From Euryarchaeota archaeon TMED192 (GTDB lineage Archaea > Thermoplasmatota > Poseidoniia > Poseidoniales > Thalassarchaeaceae), in assembly GCA_002170775.2 (NCBI GenBank), contig NHIP02000014.1:44462-108461 (forward strand): a DNA stretch of 64,000 nucleotides, read 5' to 3'. This document shows positions 14,394-23,717 of this stretch, piece after piece; the stretch's first letter is position 1; every line of letters begins with the position of its first letter. A model generated the notes under the pieces. The model saw nothing but the letters and a program-made list of their open reading frames with translations, was not told the origin of the DNA and searched no databases. The translations under genes and the position numbers were made by a program.

Positions 14394-15344
14394 ATGGAGC
14401 GTCGTTCGGACGTTATGGCGTCCACGTCCAATGTCCTGCATCCGGTCGCCGTACTACTCAGTCTGCTGATTATCTTGTCAACATCAGTTTCTGCAACGTT
14501 GGGCCATAATCTTGTTTCCACGATTCCCCATCAGGATACTGCATTCACGCAAGGACTTGAGATGCAGGATGGCAGAATGTTCGAATCAACGGGTCTCTAC
14601 GGGCACTCCCAAGTGAGGGAGATATCAGTGGAAGACGGGTCCCTAATTAGATCTCATGACCTGAACGACTCATTCTTCGGCGAGGGCCTGACGTTGATTG
14701 ATGACAGAATACTTGTTTTGACTTGGAAGGCAGGATTGATTCTAGAATTCGAACGAGACACATTCAATCAGAGCAATCAGTACAATCTCGAAGGAGAGGG
14801 GTGGGGGATGTGTTCTTTTGAAGACAGAATAATTGTTTCAGATGGGACAAACCAGCTTTCGATACTAGACCCCCTAACATTGGAGGTAACCGGATCAATT
14901 CTAGTAAGGTCGAATAATTCAGATATTTCGAACTTGAATGAACTTGAGTGCGTTGGAGACAAGATATATGCAAATCAGTGGATGTCGCCCTTCATGCATG
15001 TTATCTCAGCCAGCGACGGCGAATTAATCGCCACTCTGGACCTCTCTACTCTACCCTCCGGCACTTCTGGAGATAGGAATGAAGTACTCAATGGAATTGC
15101 ATGGGATGAAGAAAGAGAAGGATTCTGGGTAACCGGCAAGAATTGGACAATTATGCACCTCATTGAGTTATACGAGACCGATCAAAACGAGGACTTGGAG
15201 GATATTGAAGACTCGCTATTCGATTCAATAGCCTCGAAAAAGAATCTCCTACTGATATCTCTGACGATATTGGTAACTTTTGCTGTAGCCGTATCTCTGA
15301 ACCAGCCCCCACCATCCTTATCGGCGTACAATGAGGACGAATGA
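14394..15344 (+). CDS. glutaminyl-peptide cyclotransferase (beta-propeller, plant/bacterial type), membrane-anchored
   Basis: Blocks FTQGLEMQDGRMFESTGLYGHSQVREI, FGEGLTLIDDRILVLTWK, GEGWGM, LNELECVGDKIYANQW and LNGIAWDEEREGFWVTGKNW match the PF05096-type QC pattern. It has an N-terminal signal and a C-terminal TM. Confidence 0.8.
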   Translation: MERRSDVMASTSNVLHPVAVLLSLLIILSTSVSATLGHNLVSTIPHQDTAFTQGLEMQDGRMFESTGLYGHSQVREISVEDGSLIRSHDLNDSFFGEGLTLIDDRILVLTWKAGLILEFERDTFNQSNQYNLEGEGWGMCSFEDRIIVSDGTNQLSILDPLTLEVTGSILVRSNNSDISNLNELECVGDKIYANQWMSPFMHVISASDGELIATLDLSTLPSGTSGDRNEVLNGIAWDEEREGFWVTGKNWTIMHLIELYETDQNEDLEDIEDSLFDSIASKKNLLLISLTILVTFAVAVSLNQPPPSLSAYNEDE

Positions 15345-16117
15345 ACATGGTCCGTGAGCGTGTCACCGAGGGGATCATCGAGTGGCGGGGCCAAATCCGT
15401 GCAGATCCCGCAGCAAGAAAGGCCGGATCATTCTTGATAGGGATAGGTTCAACCATGGGCGTAGTTCTCGGTTTACTATTGATATCGGTAAATCCATCGG
15501 ACCTTCTAGATGACTCCGCATCAGATAGGACCGCTACTCTGAACGGGATTGTAATTGAGGCATTAGAAAGCGACAAGGAAGGAGGCGAACCAATAGGAAA
15601 TGCTACTCTGACACTCTTTGACATGGATGGTTCAGTGCACAGGGGCCCTATTCTATCGGACTCTTCTGGCAGGTTCTCATTCAAGGAGGTGGAGCGAGAT
15701 GATATGCGTCTGGAGGTGGATATGGAGGGCAAGATATCTGAATATCGATTATTGGTCCCTGGGGATTCATCACAGATTGTAATATCAATGTTACAGGGAA
15801 ATGGCTCCTCCGATGTAATCGATCTCCGAGGAGAGAGCCACTTGGACGATTCAGCTCTGTTGGGAACTTTAATCGCCTTCGGAACTATTCTTGCAGGTCT
15901 TGCAGGAATCTCAGCTTCTGTAAGCGGCTACCAGGGCAAGGCATATCGGAGAACTCAGGTATTTGCTTTCATTGGATTGTGGAGCCGAGGAGGTGTATTC
16001 ATCGGGCCATTCATGATACTGTTAGGGATGGCTATCATATCCAGCACACGCGTCCAATTCGAGAAAAAATCCGATCAGGTAGCCGAGATAGCCGTAGACG
16101 CATCACAGGTGAGATGA
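15341..16117 (+). CDS. membrane protein with carboxypeptidase-regulatory-like (Ig-like) domain
   Basis: The ATGA overlap with the QC gene implies coupling. It has an N-terminal TM, then LNGIVIEA..GNATLTLFDMDGSV..SDSSGRFSFKEV (CarboxypepD_reg-like), then 3 C-terminal TMs. Confidence 0.6.
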   Translation: MNMVRERVTEGIIEWRGQIRADPAARKAGSFLIGIGSTMGVVLGLLLISVNPSDLLDDSASDRTATLNGIVIEALESDKEGGEPIGNATLTLFDMDGSVHRGPILSDSSGRFSFKEVERDDMRLEVDMEGKISEYRLLVPGDSSQIVISMLQGNGSSDVIDLRGESHLDDSALLGTLIAFGTILAGLAGISASVSGYQGKAYRRTQVFAFIGLWSRGGVFIGPFMILLGMAIISSTRVQFEKKSDQVAEIAVDASQVR

Positions 16118-16118
16118 C

Positions 16119-17450
16119 ATGTATTTGATCACTATCGAGGGTGGCGATGGAAGTGGGAAAGGGTTAGCAGCCACGGTCATTAGCGAAGTGCTAGCAAAAG
16201 AGCGTGGATTCAACTCGGTCGAGCTCACTGCAGAGCCAAGAAGACGGCATCCTCTCGGCAGGGCAGCCATCAACGCAGTCCGTGAGAAAAGACACCCTCC
16301 TGAACATGAAGCTAAGCTTTTCGCCTTAGATCGTCTGGATCACGGTTTGAATTGGATACTCCCCAGATTACAGGATGGCTCAGTCGTAGTATGTGATAGA
16401 AATATACACTCTTCAATGGTATACCAGGGCGTGGTCGGAGGCATAGGGATACGCAATGTGGCCACACTCAATGCAGGGGCCCTAGTGCCCGATCTATGCA
16501 TATGGGTCGACTGCGATCCCGAAATCGCCATACGCAGAATCAAGAGCGGGAGTCTTAGAGAGGCTTCACCGGGTAAAGCCGAGTATTTCGAGACGCTAGA
16601 AATTCAACGAATGATAAGATCGGGTTATTCAGAGGTGTTATCTGGAAATTCACTTACAGACACCCCATTCGACGATATTGAAATCATTGGTCCGATTCTC
16701 AATGACGCGTCCGCAGATGAATTCTCATCCAGGGTCATAAATGAACTCAGACGATTTCTTCGATCAAGGCCAAAGCCAAAGAATGTAGATATCAATGATG
16801 TAGATTTGACTTCTATTAAGCGAATAATCGGTTGGAATTCAGGCCAAGCAAAACTTCCCGGATTTGAGAATAGCGGCAAATCTACGACTCATATAATCCC
16901 CTGGCAAACGATTCGTGATGCTGAGCGGAAACACTTCGGCTCAATAAGTGATGGTGCAGATGAGAGCGTCCCTAGGAGCATACATTCAAGATCTATTTAC
17001 TCAGTAATGGGGGCATTATCACTTCTCTCAGCAGGCGATCTGAACGAAATCTTGTCCGCTATGGGGCCAATGAGGCTGATTTCAAGAAGACATGCAAATC
17101 GAGTTATTGCACATCTATCAGATTCCAGATATTGGATAAGAGAATCATCTGGAATACGTGGGGAAGGGAGTCACTACAGAGTCACGAGGGAAGGCATGTC
17201 CCTGGGGGCACTCATGCTAGTGCTTTGGCCTATTAGGTCCCATATCAGGCTCTGGCGTTCACGTAACCCAAGAACAAGCTACAAGCATGCTATGTCGGGA
17301 ATAATGAAGATGGGAATTAGCGAAGGAGATTTGCACACTCTCGTAGAAAGAATCAGGTCGATATCACCGGCATCTAACATATCTTCAAACCTCAGTTATG
17401 AGCAATACCTTCTTGATTGGTGGAATTCTCAGACATCTATCGTATCTTGA
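16119..17450 (+). CDS. thymidylate-kinase-like P-loop protein with ~240-aa C-terminal extension
   Basis: Motifs: ITIEGGDGSGKG (P-loop, but GKG rather than GK[ST]), VVCDRNIHSSMVYQG (DRY..SS.AYQ motif) and a LID-like RRIKSGSLRE. Residues ~206-443 have no Tmk equivalent. The start is 1 nt after the upstream stop. Confidence 0.7.
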   Translation: MYLITIEGGDGSGKGLAATVISEVLAKERGFNSVELTAEPRRRHPLGRAAINAVREKRHPPEHEAKLFALDRLDHGLNWILPRLQDGSVVVCDRNIHSSMVYQGVVGGIGIRNVATLNAGALVPDLCIWVDCDPEIAIRRIKSGSLREASPGKAEYFETLEIQRMIRSGYSEVLSGNSLTDTPFDDIEIIGPILNDASADEFSSRVINELRRFLRSRPKPKNVDINDVDLTSIKRIIGWNSGQAKLPGFENSGKSTTHIIPWQTIRDAERKHFGSISDGADESVPRSIHSRSIYSVMGALSLLSAGDLNEILSAMGPMRLISRRHANRVIAHLSDSRYWIRESSGIRGEGSHYRVTREGMSLGALMLVLWPIRSHIRLWRSRNPRTSYKHAMSGIMKMGISEGDLHTLVERIRSISPASNISSNLSYEQYLLDWWNSQTSIVS

Positions 17451-18186
17451 GTTTAGAATCTGCAGGGAGCAGAACCTCTCTTACATCTTCAAAGTCAGAC
17501 CCTCGGGCACAGATGGTAGCCGCAATTAGCCATGCGAGAGCAGCACCTGCGGTAGAACCCGTCAGTACTCTAACTATGTTTGTTGACTCATAACCCGTTA
17601 GAAGCTGGGTGAACCCATCTATTCCCGTAGGGGCTAATCCTGCGATTATAATTGCCCACATAGCGAAAAGTCGTCTGTCCGACCTATAGAGTGGCGCAAC
17701 CCACTTATCCGGTAAGAGCGACAGAAACGAATCACGAATACTATAGCGATTAAGTCCGAACCTACTCCAGATTATCGCTCCTGTCAAAAAACCAAGTAGA
17801 ATTCCGATATCTCGGGCGCATATGGCTGTTTGATTGCCATTCACCTCGAAAGACCTATCGTACTTCTGATGACAATTAAGATCCCCTATCAGGTATACGA
17901 AAGCCACCAGTGGACCATGCTCGCTCCAAGCAAATACCCCGCCATGCATGAATTGGTTATGTCCGACAGGCGAGTCTTCTCCATGATCTGCATTGCCCCA
18001 AGACCCCCATCCATCTACCGTCGCATAATCAATCAAATTCGCTCTTCCAGAGAGCTCAGGAATTGCGCCATGTTCCATGGTTAGAGGTGTAACGAATACC
18101 AGCAGTAGGTAAGAACCCGCGATTAGAGCAAGACGAGCACCTATCTTACTTTCTCTGGACCTGCCAGTAGCGCCGTTCCTCTCCAC
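17437..18186 (-). CDS. DUF2085-like integral membrane protein
   Basis: CHQKYDRSFEVNGNQTAICARDIGILLGF matches the DUF2085 signature (CHQ..RSF...CARC/D.G). Multiple TMs. Confidence 0.6.
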   Translation of the reverse strand: MERNGATGRSRESKIGARLALIAGSYLLLVFVTPLTMEHGAIPELSGRANLIDYATVDGWGSWGNADHGEDSPVGHNQFMHGGVFAWSEHGPLVAFVYLIGDLNCHQKYDRSFEVNGNQTAICARDIGILLGFLTGAIIWSRFGLNRYSIRDSFLSLLPDKWVAPLYRSDRRLFAMWAIIIAGLAPTGIDGFTQLLTGYESTNIVRVLTGSTAGAALAWLIAATICARGSDFEDVREVLLPADSKLKIR

Positions 18187-18241
18187 GACTATCGCATATC
18201 GTGGATATGTATCAATTATACTCAGGCTAATTCATGTTGGG

Positions 18242-19039
18242 TTGTTATGCTCGAGGTGCATGGCAGGCGCCTCTTCTCGGGATGCATTGACTGCAGCACT
18301 TGTTATTGGCGCCATGGCTGCAGTGATAGTTACCATTTTCTCCCTAATAGGCGGTGATGCTAATCCTGAATCAATACCAGACGCATTACGCACGGGCTTA
18401 AGCGCAGGAGCAACAACTTCTGCCGCTGTATTGATTTTGGTGCTCATTCGCCTGAGGCAGAGAGGCAAAAACCCAGTTCATGTGGAAGATAAACAAGAGA
18501 CGGCTAAATTTCTCCGTGGCGCTATAGGGGGGGTTCTGATGTCTATTGGTGCAGCAGATAGGTTTCCATGGGATTCAACGACTAAGATAAGAGTCGAGAG
18601 AGGAGTTTTGACAATAGATTTGATCGGACTTGACGCTAAAGCCGCCTCTGCCGCTATTGAATGTGTCATACGGAATCGCTCGAGACTTGGGAGACTCAGA
18701 GTAGTCACCGGTGCTGAAGAACGATGGGAGGGGGAGCGTTCGTATCCAAACATACGTCCTGCGGTACTGCAGAGACTCAAAATAGATGCTCAAGAGGCCC
18801 AGTGGCAGATCCTACAATCCAGAAGTTCTGTGGTTCTGAGGCCAATGGGTTTGAAACCATCACCCAGAAAAATCGCATTAAGAATGGTTACCTACGGGCC
18901 GCCCATGACTGCTGTAATGCACTTTTCATTCCGTGACCTAGCAGGTTCAGGCGGCAGTTCCGCTGGAGGGATTTTTGGGATCTGTGTAGGGTTGCTACTC
19001 ACTGTATTGATGGCAAGCCACAGGGACAGAACCGGCTAG
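18242..19039 (+). CDS. hypothetical membrane protein (weak, degenerate Smr-like central region)
   Basis: TM segments lie at both ends. The central LTIDLIGLDAKAASAAIECVIRNRSRLGRLRVVTGAEE loosely resembles the Smr LDLHGL...vIHGkG layout, but the His and GKG residues are replaced. The longest ORF starts at TTG and an in-frame ATG lies 6 codons in. Confidence 0.45.
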   Translation: MLCSRCMAGASSRDALTAALVIGAMAAVIVTIFSLIGGDANPESIPDALRTGLSAGATTSAAVLILVLIRLRQRGKNPVHVEDKQETAKFLRGAIGGVLMSIGAADRFPWDSTTKIRVERGVLTIDLIGLDAKAASAAIECVIRNRSRLGRLRVVTGAEERWEGERSYPNIRPAVLQRLKIDAQEAQWQILQSRSSVVLRPMGLKPSPRKIALRMVTYGPPMTAVMHFSFRDLAGSGGSSAGGIFGICVGLLLTVLMASHRDRTG

Positions 19040-19213
19040 TCAGTAAATTGGGACGCCTTCGCAACACGCTTCAACGACTCTTCTGCATCGAGGACATTCC
19101 ATGTGCTGCCTAATTGGCACTGCACTCCCCCTGAATCCGCATTCACAGGCTATATTTTGGCAGTGGTCCGAGTCCACAGAGCGAGAAATTCACGGAAGGT
19201 GGAATAATATTGC

Positions 19214-20326
19214 TCAGATATTCAGATTCAAGAGAGCATCTTCAACACCTGTGACCAACCACGAGTGAACATCCTCTCCCCCCATTTCGGTAAGGGTAGA
19301 ATTGAGGAACGCTGCGATGAGAGCATCCTCGGACTCTTGCTTCGAAAAACCTCTTGCCATGAGATAGAACCTCTGACTTTCATCAACAGGACCATTCGCC
19401 GTGCCATGACCACAACCAACCACGTCATTCTCCTCAACTTCGAGTTCCGGAATACTATTTGCACTTGCTTTCTTGGAGAGCAGGAGGTTGTGGAATATTT
19501 GGCCAGCATCTGCTTGCTTTGCCCCCTTTTCGATTCGGAGCATTCCTGTCCCAACGGATGTGCTGGACCCTCCACATGCCGTGTGCCATTCTAAACGGCT
19601 GTATGTGTGTGGGGCTGTATGGCTTATCTCTATGTGATGATCGAGATGCATTTTCTCGGCAGACAGGAGGGAGCCTAGCACATTGAGGCTAGAACCCGGG
19701 GAATCCAACAAATATCTGATATCGGCTTTCGTCCTCTCACTCCCTGCGCTGACGGTACCAGACGTAATCGTAGAGTCACGCCCAGCACGCACCGCATCTA
19801 CACGGATTAGAGAGCCGCCCTGAATTTTATTCACGACGATATCTGTTACGATTGACCCCACTCCTGTTTCAGCGGTTCTTAGCAGACCAAGCCACTCGCA
19901 TGGCCCGGTTATGCGAGTGAGTATTGTTGCTTCAGATAGATCTCCCGCTAGAATATGGATGTGTAGTGCCTCAATCCCTCCTTTCGTTTCGATGTCAATT
20001 AGGAGAGGCTTGTCACTCGTCCATTTTCTTGGTATGGATAGTACCAAGGAATTACCTTTCGTGATGGCCGTTAGGAATGAATCCGTTGTCGGTGAGCCTT
20101 CGAAGGGAAACTCAACTCCTTTACCAGCCTCAAGAGTAACACCCTCTACAGGCCCCCCATCTACGTAACTCAAATTTATCTTTGGAGTTTCAACATCCTC
20201 GGGAATTTCTCTGAAATCACCGGTTGGATGGATTTTTTTCCAAGGAGTGTAACGCCAGAGATGATCTGAAGTGGGAGGCTCATCAAGTGACAAATACAAT
20301 TCTTCTGAGACGCCCATAACTTCCAC
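19214..20326 (-). CDS. sufD: Fe-S cluster assembly protein SufD
   Basis: SufB/D beta-helix C-terminus (GCGHGTANGPVDESQRFYLMARGFSKQESEDALIAAFL). It sits directly after sufB. GTG start, with an alternative ATG 3 codons in. Confidence 0.85.
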   Translation of the reverse strand: MEVMGVSEELYLSLDEPPTSDHLWRYTPWKKIHPTGDFREIPEDVETPKINLSYVDGGPVEGVTLEAGKGVEFPFEGSPTTDSFLTAITKGNSLVLSIPRKWTSDKPLLIDIETKGGIEALHIHILAGDLSEATILTRITGPCEWLGLLRTAETGVGSIVTDIVVNKIQGGSLIRVDAVRAGRDSTITSGTVSAGSERTKADIRYLLDSPGSSLNVLGSLLSAEKMHLDHHIEISHTAPHTYSRLEWHTACGGSSTSVGTGMLRIEKGAKQADAGQIFHNLLLSKKASANSIPELEVEENDVVGCGHGTANGPVDESQRFYLMARGFSKQESEDALIAAFLNSTLTEMGGEDVHSWLVTGVEDALLNLNI

Positions 20327-20338
20327 CGAAAGAACAGT

Positions 20339-21748
20339 TCAGCCTATGCTACCTTCCATCTCGAGAGCCATCAATTTGTTCAACTCTACGGCATACTCCA
20401 TTGGAAGCTCTCTCGTAAACGGTTCAAAGAAACCATTCACTATCATCGCAAGAGCCTCTTCTTCGGAGTGGCCCCTGCTCATAAGATAAAACACCTGGTC
20501 GTCGCTGACTTTCGAGACACTAGCCTCGTGCTCGCAGCGAGCTGATGGATTCGCTACCTCCATGGTGGGATATGTATCGGTCTGACTGCCATCATCTAGG
20601 ATAAGCGCGTCACAGACAACATTCAATTTACAGTTTTCAGCCTTTGGCGAAACGGTAACCATCCCCCTGTAAGATCCCCTTCCACCATCTTTGGAGATTG
20701 ACTTTGATAGTATCTTGCTTGTGGTATTGGATGCGAGATGGTGAATTTTAGCTCCTGCATCTTGGTGTTGTCCTTTTCCTGCGTATGCGACGGAGATAAC
20801 CTCGGCATGCGACCCTTCTCCTTTCAGAATCACTGCGGGATATTTCATCGTCAGTTTGGAGCCAATGTTGCCATCAATCCATTCTATCGTTGAATTCTTG
20901 TGAGCAATGCCCCTTTTAGTGACAAGATTGTAGACATTAGCCGACCAGTTCTGTATGGTTGAGTATCGGATATGGGCCCCTTCAAGAGCAATTAATTCCA
21001 CAACTGCTGAGTGAAGAGAGTCTGTGGAATAGGTTGGTGCAGTACACCCTTCAACATAGTGTATACTCGACCCTTCATCAGCTATTATCAGAGTCCTCTC
21101 GAATTGACCCATATTCTTCGCATTGATTCGGAAATATGCCTGAACGGGCATTTCCACGGATACCCCTTTTGGGATATATATGAAAGAACCACCAGACCAA
21201 ACTGCAGTGTTCAGCGCTGAGAATTTGTTGTCTTGGTACGGAACGACGCTACAGAAATACTTCTTGACTAGCTCCGGATGCTCCCTGAGCCCACTGTCCA
21301 TGTCGAGAAATATGACTCCCTGTGACTCGAGGTCTTCTCTTATGCTGTGATAAACCGCTTCTGATTCGTATTGTGCCGTAACCCCAGAAAGCCATTTCTG
21401 TTCTGCTTCGGGTATGCCGAGACGATCGAAAGTATTCCTGATATCCTCCGGGACATCTTCCCAATCTTTTTCTGTTGCATCCGAGGAACGCAGATAGTAG
21501 CACACCTTATCGAAATCGATTCCCTCTAGTGCTTCACGATCCCCAAAGCCAGGCATTGGACGACTGACAAAGTGGTGATACGCTTTCACGCGAACCTCAG
21601 TCATCCATTCAGGCTCATTCTTAATCTTGGAAATTTTCCTAACAACCTCTTCACTCAAACCTGAATCAAATCGAATGGTTGAGTGTTCCGGGTCATGCCA
21701 TCCTTCTTTGTAATCACCCACTGCTTCCCTAGCTTCTTCCATTGCCAT
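20339..21748 (-). CDS. sufB: Fe-S cluster assembly protein SufB
   Basis: The conserved SufB sequence runs throughout ([10 protein letters not shown]-type [21 protein letters not shown]-type [22 protein letters not shown]). I chose ATG 21748, which has GGAGGA 9 nt upstream. The longest-ORF TTG at 21754 is only 3 nt from that SD. Confidence 0.93.
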   Translation of the reverse strand: MAMEEAREAVGDYKEGWHDPEHSTIRFDSGLSEEVVRKISKIKNEPEWMTEVRVKAYHHFVSRPMPGFGDREALEGIDFDKVCYYLRSSDATEKDWEDVPEDIRNTFDRLGIPEAEQKWLSGVTAQYESEAVYHSIREDLESQGVIFLDMDSGLREHPELVKKYFCSVVPYQDNKFSALNTAVWSGGSFIYIPKGVSVEMPVQAYFRINAKNMGQFERTLIIADEGSSIHYVEGCTAPTYSTDSLHSAVVELIALEGAHIRYSTIQNWSANVYNLVTKRGIAHKNSTIEWIDGNIGSKLTMKYPAVILKGEGSHAEVISVAYAGKGQHQDAGAKIHHLASNTTSKILSKSISKDGGRGSYRGMVTVSPKAENCKLNVVCDALILDDGSQTDTYPTMEVANPSARCEHEASVSKVSDDQVFYLMSRGHSEEEALAMIVNGFFEPFTRELPMEYAVELNKLMALEMEGSIG

Positions 21749-21750
21749 GT

Positions 21751-22521
21751 TCAATCATCCTCCGTCGCGTCTGATTCGAGCCACTCGTATCCTTTTTCTT
21801 CAAGTTCCAATGCTAACTCTGGACCACCGCTCTTAACGATCTTTCCTTTAATTAAAACATGAACATAATCGGGCTTGACGTGCTCCAATATTCTGCTGTA
21901 GTGTGTTATGATCAGTGCACCTGAATCTGAACCTCGTATTGCAGCATTTATCCCCCTCGACACCACTCTGATGCCATCTATGTCGAGTCCAGAGTCTGTT
22001 TCATCGAGTATTGCAAGTTTAGGCTTGAGTAGCATCAGTTGAAGAATTTCAAAGCGCTTTTTCTCCCCGCCACTGAAACCATCGTTCACATATCTAGAAA
22101 GGAATGAGCGGGGAATGCTCACTTCTTTCATTGCAGATTTCAAGGCATCTCTGAATGGAGCCCCTTTAGCAGCCTCATCACCACGTATTGCTGCAACCGA
22201 TTTCCTCAAGAAATGGCCAACCTGGAGACCTGGTACTGATTGAGGGTATTGGAATGATAGGAAAACACCCTTTCTGGCCCTCTCCCATGCTTCAAGCTCG
22301 AGGAGATCCGCCCCATTCAGCTCAATGCTGCCTGATTCGATTTCATAGTCAGGATGACCCATTATCGTGCTTGCAGCAGTAGTCTTGCCGCTTCCATTCC
22401 TGCCCATAATTGCATGAATTTCTCCAGGTTTTATCTTAAGATCGATCCCATGAAGTATCGAGGTCCCATCTATTCCTACATGTAGTCCTTCAATAGACAA
22501 AACCGGGGGTTTCTCAGACAT
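21751..22521 (-). CDS. sufC: Fe-S cluster assembly ATPase SufC
   Basis: Walker [10 protein letters not shown], an ABC signature-like FSGGEKKR and Walker [16 protein letters not shown] 22521 gives the typical [16 protein letters not shown]-terminus. The longest ORF starts at GTG 22554. Confidence 0.9.
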   Translation of the reverse strand: MSEKPPVLSIEGLHVGIDGTSILHGIDLKIKPGEIHAIMGRNGSGKTTAASTIMGHPDYEIESGSIELNGADLLELEAWERARKGVFLSFQYPQSVPGLQVGHFLRKSVAAIRGDEAAKGAPFRDALKSAMKEVSIPRSFLSRYVNDGFSGGEKKRFEILQLMLLKPKLAILDETDSGLDIDGIRVVSRGINAAIRGSDSGALIITHYSRILEHVKPDYVHVLIKGKIVKSGGPELALELEEKGYEWLESDATEDD

Positions 22522-22624
22522 TGGGTAGCCTTCTATGTCTAGGCTTGGCGACACTTACTTTTCAATCCATGCCAATTGCTCATAATGGGGAATAGCCCAA
22601 ATTGTCACGCCCCCTGGGGCATAC

Positions 22625-23107
22625 ATGGACGATAACGCGGAGCCAGATGGTTTGGAAGACCTCTACAGGGTTCAGATCGCTCCGATAGTGGATGAAGAGG
22701 CCAAGAAGAGAATCGAGATGTATTCCGACCCGGAGGAAGATCAAAGACTTCTTTCTCTAGATATCGTAGAAACCTTGAGATCTTCATCTGGAGATACGAT
22801 TCCTGCGTTGATGGCACGTCTGGGGCCCGTCAGAGCAGCCTTGGAGGGACATGGAGGCGCCTTGGTAGTTCATGACTTCAGTCTCGAGGAACACAAAAAA
22901 GGAGATGCAACATTGTCACTTGTAATCGATCTTGATGGAGCCTGCGTATCATGCGGGGCCGCCCCCGGCACACTCAAGGGTATCCAGGACGACCTTCTCG
23001 CAGATTCAGGTATTAGTCGAGTACGCTTCCACAGCGGAATGCTGGAATGGTTCAGCGATATACAGAGGGAATTTGTCCTCAAGCATGGAGAAGTCACATT
23101 CATTTGA
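22625..23107 (+). CDS. NifU/Nfu-type Fe-S scaffold domain protein
   Basis: RAALEGHGGALVVHDF...LDGACVSCGAAPGTLKGIQDDL matches the NifU C-terminal (CxxC) domain. It is divergent from the suf operon. Confidence 0.75.
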   Translation: MDDNAEPDGLEDLYRVQIAPIVDEEAKKRIEMYSDPEEDQRLLSLDIVETLRSSSGDTIPALMARLGPVRAALEGHGGALVVHDFSLEEHKKGDATLSLVIDLDGACVSCGAAPGTLKGIQDDLLADSGISRVRFHSGMLEWFSDIQREFVLKHGEVTFI

Positions 23108-23120
23108 CTTGGCCATGGCG

Positions 23121-23717
23121 CTATTTCTCTAGGATTTCCCGTAAAGCTATGATGCTATTTTCTGAGAGTCCGAGGACAGTTATCTCACTGCCTTTGACAA
23201 CTTCGACAAAATCCGAAGCCCTCCCGTGAATATCGTAACCCCCTGCCTTGCCTGCCCACGAACCCGATTCTATGAGGTCATCCAGGGCATTGACGTCGAG
23301 ATTTCTGAAATACACATCTGCAGACTCAGTGTAGATCATATCGCCCTTGTTACGCGGAAGCAGTATCCCTGTGCAGGTCCAGACTTTGTGATTCCTTCCT
23401 GAGAGCGTCGAGAGCATCTCTCTCGCCTGCTTCGAATCTCTAGGTTTGCCTAATGCCATCTTACGAACTGGGTCCTCGACCATGGTATCAGATACAATCC
23501 CGATCCAATCTCCCCCATCCCCATTCAGAAGTGCTCTGGCCGATTCAATTTTCAGCCCAACCACGTTCCTGACAGTGCCGGAAACGTCAGATACGTCGAA
23601 TACTTTTGCCTCATCGAGATTTAAGGGCACTATTGAGATGCTATGAGGCTCCATCCAGGACTGTGCTTCTAGCCATAAGCGTCTTCGAGATGAGGCTGAA
23701 GCGAGGAAAATCCTCAT
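23121..23717 (-). CDS. maf: Maf-like nucleoside-triphosphate pyrophosphatase
   Basis: MRIFLASASSRRR (LASxSPRR-type) and GKAGGYDIHG (KAGAYGIQ-type). Its start shares 1 nt with the upstream stop (TGATG). Confidence 0.85.
   Translation of the reverse strand: MRIFLASASSRRRLWLEAQSWMEPHSISIVPLNLDEAKVFDVSDVSGTVRNVVGLKIESARALLNGDGGDWIGIVSDTMVEDPVRKMALGKPRDSKQAREMLSTLSGRNHKVWTCTGILLPRNKGDMIYTESADVYFRNLDVNALDDLIESGSWAGKAGGYDIHGRASDFVEVVKGSEITVLGLSENSIIALREILEK

Noticed and set aside
19040-19102. 20-codon minus-strand mini-ORF MECPRCRRVVEACCEGVPIY in the 174-nt convergent spacer after sufD
   Set aside because: The Cys-rich sequence is eye-catching. However, it is very short, has no SD or TATA in the proper position, and lies where two transcripts terminate. 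It cannot be supported from sequence alone.
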